Notes: generated by a model not told the origin, from the letters alone. A DNA stretch of 64,000 nt from Longimicrobiales bacterium (GCA_036377735.1 DASUXU010000014.1:6410-70409), one strand, 5' to 3'; counted from the stretch's first letter, positions 7,964-15,820 are shown. Translations and numbers: made by a program.

Positions 7964-8656
7964 TTACGCACTTCCGCTGTGAATGGGAATGACTGCCTGA
8001 TTGCCGGCCTTGCTGCCGCAGCCCCAGCCGCCGCGCCGCCCGAGCCACGCGGCCCATGCAACGCGATACGACGGTGAGCTGGGGGTGAGAATGAGCGGCG
8101 CATCATAGCAGGCGACGGTGAGAGTGCGCATCAGCGCGCCGATGCCCTTCCCCTCCTGCATGGCCGACTCGGGGCCGCCACCGACCAGCCTTACGTATTC
8201 GATGCCTGCGCGCCCAAGAATGCGGGTCGCGTCATCCGCGGGATGCGCGCAGGTGGCATCGACCTGCCACGCGAACCTCACCTGCGTGGCTATCACTGTT
8301 TCCAGCCACTTCTCGACCGGACCGCGTACGAGGACGAGAGCCTCACCGCCTCGGGAGGTAATTGCCCGAACGCGTTCGATCCGCTCGCTCAGCTCGCACG
8401 CGTCAGCAACGATGACCGGTGTGGCAGTGACACGGGCGAGCGCCGACAGAGACGGAGCATCGTCAGAGTCATGACTGAGCAGACCGGAAATGCGGACGCC
8501 ATGATCGAGAGACGCCACGATTTCGCGTGCGAGCTGATAAACGTCCTCATGTCCCACGACGATCTCGAGCGCCGACAGCCCACGGGCGCTGCACGCGCTC
8601 ACCAGCTCGGCTACGGAGGCGCCCGGTGCCGCTGCCGAGCTCAACCCCAGTTGCAT
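7964..8656 (-). CDS. Hypothetical protein (possibly a degenerate TIM-barrel/xylose-isomerase-like fold), sandwiched between two DUF2249 genes
   Basis: The ORF has coding-like high third-position GC. I prefer the ATG at 8656 because it forms a TGATG junction with the upstream DUF2249 stop; the longer start at 8689 remains possible. I could not recognise any catalytic motif. The fold guess rests only on an alternating beta/alpha-like pattern. Confidence 0.5.
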   Translation of the reverse strand: MQLGLSSAAAPGASVAELVSACSARGLSALEIVVGHEDVYQLAREIVASLDHGVRISGLLSHDSDDAPSLSALARVTATPVIVADACELSERIERVRAITSRGGEALVLVRGPVEKWLETVIATQVRFAWQVDATCAHPADDATRILGRAGIEYVRLVGGGPESAMQEGKGIGALMRTLTVACYDAPLILTPSSPSYRVAWAAWLGRRGGWGCGSKAGNQAVIPIHSGSA

Positions 8657-8898
8657 CAGTCGGCGGTCCGGCTGATCTGCACCCGCCACACGGACGGGCC
8701 CTGCTCCAGGTAGTCCCAGCCGAATTTGCCGGCGTGCTCGTACTCGAACTGATAGCGCAGCGGCTTCGGGTCATGGTCATTCACCAGCACGAACGCCTCG
8801 CCGGCCGACAGCGACTTGAACGTGTCGAAGATCGTCGGGTGCTTTTCCCGGGGCGGGATGACGCGCACATCGAGGACGCGCTGTTCTGTATTCATCAC
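8656..8898 (-). CDS. DUF2249 domain protein
   Basis: It carries the canonical signature LDVRVIPPREKHPTIFDTF..LVNDHDPKPLRYQF..WDYLEQGPSVWRVQISR. Confidence 0.8.
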   Translation of the reverse strand: MMNTEQRVLDVRVIPPREKHPTIFDTFKSLSAGEAFVLVNDHDPKPLRYQFEYEHAGKFGWDYLEQGPSVWRVQISRTAD

Positions 8899-8910
8899 GA
8901 TAGCTTCCTT

Positions 8911-9762
8911 TCAGGTTGCCGCGATGCGGCTGATGAAGAGCCGGACGACGTCGCCCTGCTCACGGATGTCGTAGGAAAAGCCGCGCTCCTCGAGCAGTGG
9001 CAGGAGGAACTTCGGTACGCGGATGTTGATCTGAACGAGGGTCCCGCCTGCAGGCAGCTCCTCGAGCGCGGCCAGGGTCCGGATCATCGGCTCCGGCGGC
9101 TCGAGGCCGCGCACGTCCAGCACGACCACGCCGTCGTCATTGTCGTTCGATGTCCCATCTCCCAGCGTTGAAACTGCGTCCGGGGCAGCCGAAGCAGATG
9201 CTTCAGGCGACCGCGTATCTGCATAGAACCAGACAACCCAGTCGTCTTCGGCGCGCCGTTCGGTCCAGTGTGCCAGGTGCTGCTTCTGCATCACCGCGTA
9301 CAGCGGCACCGGCTCGAACGTCGCGCGGACACACAGCGCTCCGCCGGGCTTCACGGTCGCGCGCGCCGCCATGATGATGCTGAACGGCTCACGCCCCGCG
9401 CGCAGCTCCTCGCGTACGTCCGCCGTGACGATCATGTCCGGGGAGATACGCGCGAGCGCAGCGGGCCGGACTCCGCTCGAGGTGTCGTCGGAGTGAGTCG
9501 CATCAACATGGATTCCGACCGAAGAGTCCGGCGTTGTCGAAGGCGTGTCCGCCGTCGCATGACCATTCAAACGGTCGAGCAGCGTATCGATCTCCACACC
9601 ACCCATGCGCGCGGCCTGCTCGACCGTGACCAGGCGGGTCATCACTTTGCGCATCGCGGGATTGCGCAGCCGCTCGAATATGGGTGACAGCGAGGTGAAC
9701 ACGTCGATGAGCGATTCGTTCGCCGCAAGCACGGCCGACACGCGGTCACTGGCTCGGATCAC
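8911..9762 (-). CDS. DUF1858 (RIC/ScdA N-domain-like) fused to two DUF2249/TusA-like modules
   Basis: The N-terminus ([55 protein letters not shown]) is DUF1858-like. The middle module is [31 protein letters not shown]. The C-terminal module is [27 protein letters not shown]. The GTG start at 9762 forms a GTGA overlap with the DUF59 stop and has GGAGAG upstream. Confidence 0.65.
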   Translation of the reverse strand: MIRASDRVSAVLAANESLIDVFTSLSPIFERLRNPAMRKVMTRLVTVEQAARMGGVEIDTLLDRLNGHATADTPSTTPDSSVGIHVDATHSDDTSSGVRPAALARISPDMIVTADVREELRAGREPFSIIMAARATVKPGGALCVRATFEPVPLYAVMQKQHLAHWTERRAEDDWVVWFYADTRSPEASASAAPDAVSTLGDGTSNDNDDGVVVLDVRGLEPPEPMIRTLAALEELPAGGTLVQINIRVPKFLLPLLEERGFSYDIREQGDVVRLFISRIAAT

Positions 9763-10046
9763 CAGGCACTCTCCTGAATTGCCGCCGGCGACCAGGCCGG
9801 CTCCCACACCAGGATCGGCTGCACGTCCACCACGCCGGGAACCTGCCCCACCGCCTGCACGATGGCGTTCGTTATGTATTCCTCCATCGGACAGCCGTGC
9901 GTGGTCAGTGTGTAGGTGATCGCTACGCTGCCGTCGTCTGCCGTTACATCATAGACGAGACCGAGCGTAACGATATTCAGGCCGATCTCCGGATCGATCA
10001 CCGTGCGCAGTGCCTCGCGCACTTCGCCCTCGAGGATCAGGTTCAT
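9759..10046 (-). CDS. DUF59 / SufT-like Fe-S assembly family protein
   Basis: The sequence is [26 protein letters not shown]...[13 protein letters not shown], which is MIP18/DUF59 with the conserved Cys. Only the last ~95 aa of track ORF 9759..10898 is real. The ATG at 10046 forms an ATGA overlap with the upstream stop; an alternative ATG lies at 10061. Confidence 0.8.
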   Translation of the reverse strand: MNLILEGEVREALRTVIDPEIGLNIVTLGLVYDVTADDGSVAITYTLTTHGCPMEEYITNAIVQAVGQVPGVVDVQPILVWEPAWSPAAIQESAW

Positions 10047-11299
10047 GGTCGCATTCTCCATAGCATGAACATCTGCGTGGACTCCGTCGCCGCGCCGGCG
10101 AGCATGAGCAGGGCGCCCGCGCGTGCGACCGGTGCGCTGGCGTGCGGTACGCCGACAATGAGCGTCAGTGCGCCCGTGGCCAGCAGCCCCGCCGCGGCAA
10201 ACGCGGTACGCACGGAATAGAGCTCGTTCACGCGTGGCACCGGCCGCTTCCCGGCCAGCGGGCCGAAGCGGTGATACCACACGAGGAACGGCACGATCTT
10301 GAAGTAGTGCGCCGCGACGAACAGCGAGATCGCCAGCAGCACCGTCATGATGTATGCGACGGCGATGTTGGCGTTGGCACCACTGACGATCACCGGCCAC
10401 GCGAAGATCAGCGCGAGGGCGAGAATGCCGAGCGCCCCGGCGGCGAGCCGCATGCCGGGATCGAGCGCGCGTCGGTGACGGTGGCGGTAGAAGGACCGCG
10501 CCTGCAGCAGGAACGCGATGCAGCCGAGGGCAATCAGGAGTGCGGGCAGCCAGCGGCCGACCAGCGGCGGACCGTGATGCACGAACGCAAGCAGTGCGGC
10601 GCCGGTCGCGATCAGGGCAACAGCAGCCTTTGCGAAGTGATCCTTTGCACCGTGGCTCAGCAGGAACATCGGCAGCAGCCGGTGCGCGACGCCCACCATC
10701 ACGAGCAGGACCCAGCCCGCCAGCGCGACGTGCATGTGCACGCCCAGCGCAGTCATCCGGTTTGCCCCGAGATAGCCCCAGCGCAGGTTGCCGGCGAGCG
10801 CGAGCCCGAGCACCAGCGTGACCGTCAGGAAGAAGACGGCGCAGGCGAGCGCGTACCACGTCACGTCGCGCTTCGTCGCGCGATGCAGCGTCGCGCACAT
10901 GTTGCCGATGAACAGCAGCACACCGGTCCCGAACAGGGCCGCGCCCGGAAGCATCAGCAGCGGGTGGCCCGTGCCGAGACCCGTGACGAAGAGCAGCAAT
11001 CCCGGCACGTACAGAATCAGCGTCGCATATGCCAGCCGGACGGAGCGGATCGGCTGACCCAGTGCGACCGGGAGGAACTGGTACAGCGCGCCCATGATCG
11101 ACGTCGTGATCCAGCCCAGCGTGAACAGGTGCGTGGTTGCAGTAAGGCGAGGGTCGAGATAGGAAGCAGCGGCGAGCTCATGCGCGTGCACCACCAGCGA
11201 TGTGATGCCGATCAGCAGAAAAACGAGGGCCGCAGCAAAATGGCTGCCGGGCAGCGTTCCAGGCGGGGCCTTCGCTGCGGCACTCACGGCGGCACTCAC
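10043..11299 (-). CDS. Polytopic (about 12 TM) histidine-rich membrane protein, heme-copper-oxidase-subunit-I-like or NnrS-like (tentative)
   Basis: It is hydrophobic throughout. Conserved-looking His motifs sit in TM helices ([38 protein letters not shown]). The GTG at 11299 forms a GTGA overlap with the regulator stop. I rejected the Arg-rich 50-aa extension in the track ORF. Confidence 0.7.
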   Translation of the reverse strand: MSAAVSAAAKAPPGTLPGSHFAAALVFLLIGITSLVVHAHELAAASYLDPRLTATTHLFTLGWITTSIMGALYQFLPVALGQPIRSVRLAYATLILYVPGLLLFVTGLGTGHPLLMLPGAALFGTGVLLFIGNMCATLHRATKRDVTWYALACAVFFLTVTLVLGLALAGNLRWGYLGANRMTALGVHMHVALAGWVLLVMVGVAHRLLPMFLLSHGAKDHFAKAAVALIATGAALLAFVHHGPPLVGRWLPALLIALGCIAFLLQARSFYRHRHRRALDPGMRLAAGALGILALALIFAWPVIVSGANANIAVAYIMTVLLAISLFVAAHYFKIVPFLVWYHRFGPLAGKRPVPRVNELYSVRTAFAAAGLLATGALTLIVGVPHASAPVARAGALLMLAGAATESTQMFMLWRMRP

Positions 11300-12000
11300 G
11301 CGGGAATGCGGTACGAGCAGGAACGGTCGCCTGCCGGAATGTAGGCCAGCCTGGTAAGCGGCTCGCCCAGCAGCTCGCGAATGAACCCCAGCTCCGCGCG
11401 GCACGGCACGCGGCTCACGTCCACCAGGTCGCGCAGCGGGCAGTGACACAGGTGGAGCATCGGCGCGTCCTTCGCTTCGACCGCCTCGACCGCTCCGGTC
11501 GGCGTCGAGGACGCCATGAAGCCTAGCTCGGACAGGATCGCAGCCACCTCCGCTACGCGCGCATCCCCGGTCAGCCCCTCCACGCGCGCATGCGCCGCCG
11601 CGCGACGCGCGCCGATATAGCTGTCGAAGAACTCTTCCAGCACCCCTTCGGTGCCGCTCGACTTCAGGTACTGCGCGAGCGCCCGAAGCACTTCCCCCTC
11701 CCGGCGGGGAAACAGGTTCTCGGCGGCCGCCGTGAGACCGTAAACGATCTCGGGACGCCCCGCCCGCCGGATCCGAGTACCCCGGCGGAACGCGTAGCCG
11801 TGGCTCTCCAGCGCCCGCAGATGGTGGCGCACCGTCTCCACGTTCAGGCCTACCCGCGTGGCCAGGTCCGGAATCGTGCTGTCACCGCCCCGCTTCAGCG
11901 CTTCCAGCACCTGCACCTGGCTCCGCGACAGACCGGGCGCCTCGATCGAGGGTGCCGGAGTCTGCTGGCGACGGGGTTCCGCGGCTTTCGAGTCTCTCAT
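11296..12000 (-). CDS. Winged-HTH transcriptional regulator (ArsR/COG2345, SufR-like) with C-terminal Cys cluster
   Basis: The wHTH region is VLEALKRGGDSTIPDLATRVGLNVETVRHHLRALESHGY. The C-terminal motif is C-H-C-x12-C ... C (LHLCHCPLRDLVDVSRVPC...DRSCSY). The start is the ATG at 12000 (MRDSKAAEP). Confidence 0.75.
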   Translation of the reverse strand: MRDSKAAEPRRQQTPAPSIEAPGLSRSQVQVLEALKRGGDSTIPDLATRVGLNVETVRHHLRALESHGYAFRRGTRIRRAGRPEIVYGLTAAAENLFPRREGEVLRALAQYLKSSGTEGVLEEFFDSYIGARRAAAHARVEGLTGDARVAEVAAILSELGFMASSTPTGAVEAVEAKDAPMLHLCHCPLRDLVDVSRVPCRAELGFIRELLGEPLTRLAYIPAGDRSCSYRIPA

Positions 12001-12027
12001 GATTCCAAGATGACCGGTCTGCTCCGG

Positions 12028-12053
12028 ATTATCAAGAGGATGTTCTTGACAAT
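12028..12053. promoter_or_regulatory. Imperfect 26-bp palindrome (ATTATCAAGAGGA/TGTTCTTGACAAT), a candidate operator in the divergent regulator/bla intergenic region
   Basis: 10 of 13 positions are self-complementary, with the core TCAAGA-n6-TCTTGA. It overlaps a TTGACA hexamer (12046-12051). It lies 28 nt upstream of the regulator start codon. Confidence 0.3.
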
Positions 12054-12128
12054 GGGCCGTGCGGTCGGCGGGCTGGCTTGATATCGTGAGCAGTGAAGCC
12101 CTGACAGCCATGAACCCTGGAGCGGCGA

Positions 12129-13055
12129 ATGCTCACAACCCTGCTGACGGCAACCCTGCTGGCCGTGTCCGGACCGACGCCTTTACAGCCGAACGCGTTC
12201 AATGCGACGGCGGACACCGCGCGGCTGAGAGCGTCGATCATGCGGCTGGTGGATGCACACCAGGGGACGGTTGGTGTGAGCGTCCGGAACCTTGCGACGG
12301 GGGAATCGCTTTCAATCCGGGGCGACGAGACGTTCCCGACCCAATCCACTATCAAGGTGTCGCTGCTGGTGGCGCTGCTGGACGAGGTTCAGAAGGGGCG
12401 TGTGCGGCTGGAGGAGCGGACCGGTCTTATCGACCGTGACAAGGTTGGGGGAACGGGTGTGCTGCGCTTCATGTCGTCCGGCACCCTGCCCACGATGGCG
12501 GACCTGGCCTGGCTCATGATCACATTGTCGGACAACACCGCGACGAACCTGCTGCTCGACAAGATCGACGCCCGCACGGTGGGCGTGAAGATGGAAGCGC
12601 TGGGGCTGCCGCACACGAAGATCCACTCGAAGACGTTCCGCCGCGAGACATCGATCGCGCCGGACTCCTCGAGGCTGTACGGCCTCGGGGTGACCACGCC
12701 GAACGAGATGGTGGAGCTGTTCGCGCTGCTGAGCGCCGGTCGCGCCGTGTCGCCCGCCATGGATTCCCTGGCGATGCGCATGCTCGCGGCCAACCAGGAC
12801 GACGCGATGATGACGCGCTGGTTGCCGGGCAATACTCGCGTCGCGAACAAGACCGGCACCGGCGAGGATTCTCGAATCGACTGCGGCGTGATGTTCTCAC
12901 CCGCCGCGCCGCTCGCATTGTGCGTGATGACGAAAGGCAACGCCGATACATCCTACGCAGTCGACAACGCCGCGCACCTGGTGATCGGCAGTATCGCGCG
13001 GACGGTGTTCGCGCATTACAACCCGGGGGTGGCGTTGCCGGCGTTACCCAGGTAA
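12129..13055 (+). CDS. Class A beta-lactamase family serine hydrolase
   Basis: The class A motifs occur in the correct order: S-x-x-K (QSTIKV), SDN (LSDNTATN), an omega-loop Glu candidate (RRETS) and KTG (NKTGTG). The N-terminus is hydrophobic and signal-like. Confidence 0.8.
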   Translation: MLTTLLTATLLAVSGPTPLQPNAFNATADTARLRASIMRLVDAHQGTVGVSVRNLATGESLSIRGDETFPTQSTIKVSLLVALLDEVQKGRVRLEERTGLIDRDKVGGTGVLRFMSSGTLPTMADLAWLMITLSDNTATNLLLDKIDARTVGVKMEALGLPHTKIHSKTFRRETSIAPDSSRLYGLGVTTPNEMVELFALLSAGRAVSPAMDSLAMRMLAANQDDAMMTRWLPGNTRVANKTGTGEDSRIDCGVMFSPAAPLALCVMTKGNADTSYAVDNAAHLVIGSIARTVFAHYNPGVALPALPR

Positions 13056-13146
13056 GAGGGCGAAGGCCAGGGCCAAAGGCCAAATGCCAATTGTGGTGGA
13101 TCGAGATTCCGGCTCTCGCCGCCAGGCGAGCTACTGAGGGCGGGTT

Positions 13147-13267
13147 AACTGCCCCCGACGCGGTGTTTCAATTTACCGGGGCAATCCTGGCGACGCCTAC
13201 GGTAGCCAATCGCTCCCAAAACGGTGCCGCGAGGCGTGCCGGGGGCAGTTCGCCACCGTAGGCGTCG
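13147..13267. repeat. Two interleaved perfect inverted repeats (11 bp and 13 bp) in the largest intergenic gap
   Basis: Arm A is AACTGCCCCCG (13147-13157) and pairs with CGGGGGCAGTT (13240-13250). Arm B is CGACGCCTACGGT (13191-13203) and pairs with ACCGTAGGCGTCG (13255-13267). The order is A-B-A'-B', a pseudoknot topology. The element lies between the convergent 3' ends of bla and the NTP-transferase gene. Confidence 0.5.
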
Positions 13268-13273
13268 GGAGAT

Positions 13274-14071
13274 TCAGAGCACGGGAGTGAAGCCTTCCAG
13301 TGCGGCGGTGACGGCGGGGATGTCGGAGCGCTGCGTGAGATCGAGCACGCCGTCGTGGAAGGTGAGCACGTGGAATCGGACCCCCAGTGTGTCGATCGCG
13401 TACTGCACGGCGGACTGGATCTCGAGCTCGCCGCGTGGCGATGGCGTGATTGCGCGGCAGGCGTCGAAGATTTCCGGCGGCATGGACCAGCTGTTCATGC
13501 TCACATATGCCGGATCGGGCAGTGCTGCAATGGCGTCGGTCCCGGGCTTTTCGACGATCCTCTCCAGCACGCCGTCCGCCGAAAACTCGACGACGGCATA
13601 GCTCGCGATGCGGTCCGCGCTGATGTTGCTGCCGCGGATGAGCGCATCCCGCTCGAAGACAGCGGCGCCCGGCCCGTTCAACTCCCGCAGTGCGCGCAGC
13701 GTGTGCACTTTATAGTAGTTGTCGGAATTGAGGACGAGGACATGGTTGCCGGCCGCGAACGACTCGGCGGCCAGGAGCGCGTCCGCCGTCCCGAGCGGCT
13801 CGGCCTGCGTGGCGAAATTGATCCGCACGCGTCGCGTCGTCATCGCACCGTAGTACTCGTGAACCGCTGCGTGCTCGGGCCCGATGACGAGGCACACGTC
13901 AAGGATGCCGGCGTCGGCCAGAGCGCTGATCACGTAATCGAGGAACGGCCTGCCGACATCGATCATTCCCTTCAGGCCCGCTTCCGCAAACTGATCCCGG
14001 TCTCCGGCGAAAGCGCGGCGCATGCGCGTGCCGAGTCCGCGGGCAAGAATCACGGCCTTTGTGGTCGACAT
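13274..14071 (-). CDS. Sugar-phosphate nucleotidyltransferase family protein (RmlA/GlmU-N-like)
   Basis: The N-terminus AVILARGLGTRMR matches the G-x-G-T-R signature. It also has the ..QAEPLGTADAL.. motif and a length of about 265 aa. Confidence 0.8.
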   Translation of the reverse strand: MSTTKAVILARGLGTRMRRAFAGDRDQFAEAGLKGMIDVGRPFLDYVISALADAGILDVCLVIGPEHAAVHEYYGAMTTRRVRINFATQAEPLGTADALLAAESFAAGNHVLVLNSDNYYKVHTLRALRELNGPGAAVFERDALIRGSNISADRIASYAVVEFSADGVLERIVEKPGTDAIAALPDPAYVSMNSWSMPPEIFDACRAITPSPRGELEIQSAVQYAIDTLGVRFHVLTFHDGVLDLTQRSDIPAVTAALEGFTPVL

Positions 14072-14094
14072 GTCAGAACGCGCGATCGATGGCG

Positions 14095-15204
14095 TCAGCG
14101 GGCAGGGCCCAGGACCGCGTCCACGGCCTGGCCGATCGGATGATCACTGGCGTATTCCACGCCGAGCAGGCGCGCAATCGTCGCCGCGACCTGGTTCTGA
14201 TACAGCGGCTGCGCGGTCGCAGCGGCGCCGCGCGCGGGCGTGTCCGGCCCGATCGCCATGAGCCAGATGTGCTGCGAGCCTTCGTAGCCGACGCCGTGAC
14301 CGACCCACTGATCGCCGTTACCCCGACCGTGGTCGCCCACGATGATCACCGTCGTCGAGCCGCGATAGGATGGCTGGCTCTCGATGAACGTCCAGAGGTC
14401 GCGCAGGAATGCGTCCGTGCGATGGACGGCATCGAGGTAGTGGTCGAACCGCCCATCATGTGCGAAATCGTCCGCTTCGCCGTATGCGATGTGAATGAGC
14501 CGCGGGTGCTCGCGCCGCATGTACTCGAGCGCGAACTGGTGGGTAAACACGTCGAGGCGCACGGCCGGCCAGAGCACAGGCGTCTGCGCCTCCAGCGCAT
14601 TGAGCCAGGACTCCCGCTCACTGATGTTGCCCGCGGCCGTATCGTAGCCCGCGTTCACGGGCACACCGCTGCGCGCTTCGTTGATGATGAACGGGAACAC
14701 ATCCCACGAACCGAACATCGCCACCCGGCCCTTGAAGCCCGTGAGATCGTTGACCGCCTCGAGGATCGTCCTGTTAGGGTTGGGGATCTTGTTGTTGCTG
14801 TTGATGCGCGGGTCTGCGAAGCCGGTGAGAATCTCGTTGTACCCCGGGTAGGAGAAGCGGTGGCGGTTGGTGACGTCGACGTAGCTCCCCGTCCTGCGGT
14901 CGCCGTAGATCTGACCCCGTGTGACGAGTGTGCTCCAGACGAACGGCATCAGTGCATCGCGGCGGGCGACCGGGTCCGGCCGCCAGAATCGCCTGACTGC
15001 GTCTGCGGTGTCCGGTGTGAAGCGCCGATCCCGGATCAGCGCCGAGTCGGCGCCGGCGAACAGCTCCTGCCAGCGCAGGCCGTCGATCGTCACCAGGACG
15101 ACGTTCCGTGTCTGCCGCGCCTGCGCGTGCGCTGTCCCCGTCGCCCAGCAGAAGGCCAGGACGAATGCGACGGCGAACAGCGTTCCTGAAGTGCTGTGCT
15201 TCAC
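14095..15204 (-). CDS. Secreted alkaline-phosphatase-superfamily metalloenzyme (type I phosphodiesterase/sulfatase-like fold)
   Basis: The GTG start at 15204 has GAGGAG upstream. The signal peptide is TLFAVAFVLAFCWATGTAHA-Q. The metal-site-like motifs are NVVLVTIDGLRW and IIVGDHGRG. Confidence 0.7.
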   Translation of the reverse strand: MKHSTSGTLFAVAFVLAFCWATGTAHAQARQTRNVVLVTIDGLRWQELFAGADSALIRDRRFTPDTADAVRRFWRPDPVARRDALMPFVWSTLVTRGQIYGDRRTGSYVDVTNRHRFSYPGYNEILTGFADPRINSNNKIPNPNRTILEAVNDLTGFKGRVAMFGSWDVFPFIINEARSGVPVNAGYDTAAGNISERESWLNALEAQTPVLWPAVRLDVFTHQFALEYMRREHPRLIHIAYGEADDFAHDGRFDHYLDAVHRTDAFLRDLWTFIESQPSYRGSTTVIIVGDHGRGNGDQWVGHGVGYEGSQHIWLMAIGPDTPARGAAATAQPLYQNQVAATIARLLGVEYASDHPIGQAVDAVLGPAR

Positions 15205-15314
15205 GCAACGCTCCTCACTCTGATGGGGGTCTGTGCGGCCCGCGCTGCATTGTGCTGCCGCGCGCGTGCATGATATCGTGCGCATGAGCAGGACGCATCT
15301 CCGCGGGAGGAATC

Positions 15315-15734
15315 ATGGCCGGGACGTCAGGCGAGTATGTCGTGCGGGAGCGGGTGCGCTGGAGCGACGTGGATGCCGCCGGGATCGTCTGCTTCGGGAT
15401 GTATCTGCGGTTCTTCGAGCTCGCGGAATCCGAGCTGTTCCGCACCTCGGGACTGCCGGTTCGGACACTCTCGGAAACCCATCGCCTGTGGCTCGTCCGC
15501 CGCCACATCGAGTGCGACTTCTTTCAACCCGTGTTCCTCGATGAGGAGCTGGAGATCGGCGTGCGGGTCAGCAGGGTTGGCCGCACATCCCTCGAGCTCA
15601 CATTCCGCGCGGGCCGCGTGGGAGAGTCCATGCCGACGGCCACCGGCCGCTATGTCCTGGTCGCCGTCGACCGTGATTCGCTGAAGCCTGTGGGAATTCC
15701 GGATGCCGTAAAGTCGGCCCTGGCAGAGCGTTGA
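15315..15734 (+). CDS. Acyl-CoA thioesterase, 4HBT/YbgC-like hotdog fold
   Basis: The motif VRWSDVDAAGIVCFGMYLRFFE is YbgC/4HBT-type with a catalytic Asp. The protein is 139 aa. Confidence 0.8.
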   Translation: MAGTSGEYVVRERVRWSDVDAAGIVCFGMYLRFFELAESELFRTSGLPVRTLSETHRLWLVRRHIECDFFQPVFLDEELEIGVRVSRVGRTSLELTFRAGRVGESMPTATGRYVLVAVDRDSLKPVGIPDAVKSALAER

Positions 15735-15746
15735 GGCCGGCAGAAC

Positions 15747-15820
15747 CACCCTGGAAATGCGCCCGGCTGGATTCGAACCAGCGGCCCTCGGTTTAGGAAA
15801 CCGATGCTCTATCCACCTGA
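15747..15820 (-). tRNA. tRNA-Arg (anticodon CCT)
   Basis: The reverse complement folds as a cloverleaf: acceptor GCGCCCG/CGGGCGC, D stem GCTC/GAGC, anticodon stem TCGGT/ACCGA with loop TT-CCT-AA, and T stem GCTGG/CCAGC with loop TTCGAAT. The discriminator is A. No 3' CCA is encoded. Confidence 0.9.

Noticed and set aside
9759-10898. A 379-aa minus-strand ORF that would make a large Arg-rich protein ending in the DUF59 domain.
   Set aside because: Only the last ~95 aa are DUF59-like. The upstream 280 aa are an out-of-frame shadow over the membrane-protein gene 10043-11299. An ATGA overlap at 10043-10046 provides a clean start for the short gene.
14095-15204. The alkaline-phosphatase-fold protein as a PglZ/BREX-like defence component.
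   Set aside because: It has a cleavable signal peptide and is only about 370 aa. No other BREX genes (methyltransferase, PglX, BrxC, Lon-like) are nearby.
15747-15820. tRNA-Arg as the integration site of a genomic island covering the neighbouring accessory genes.
   Set aside because: There is no integrase, recombinase or other mobility gene anywhere in the window. I could not find a direct repeat of the tRNA 3' half by eye. This cannot be fully excluded without a genome-wide repeat search.
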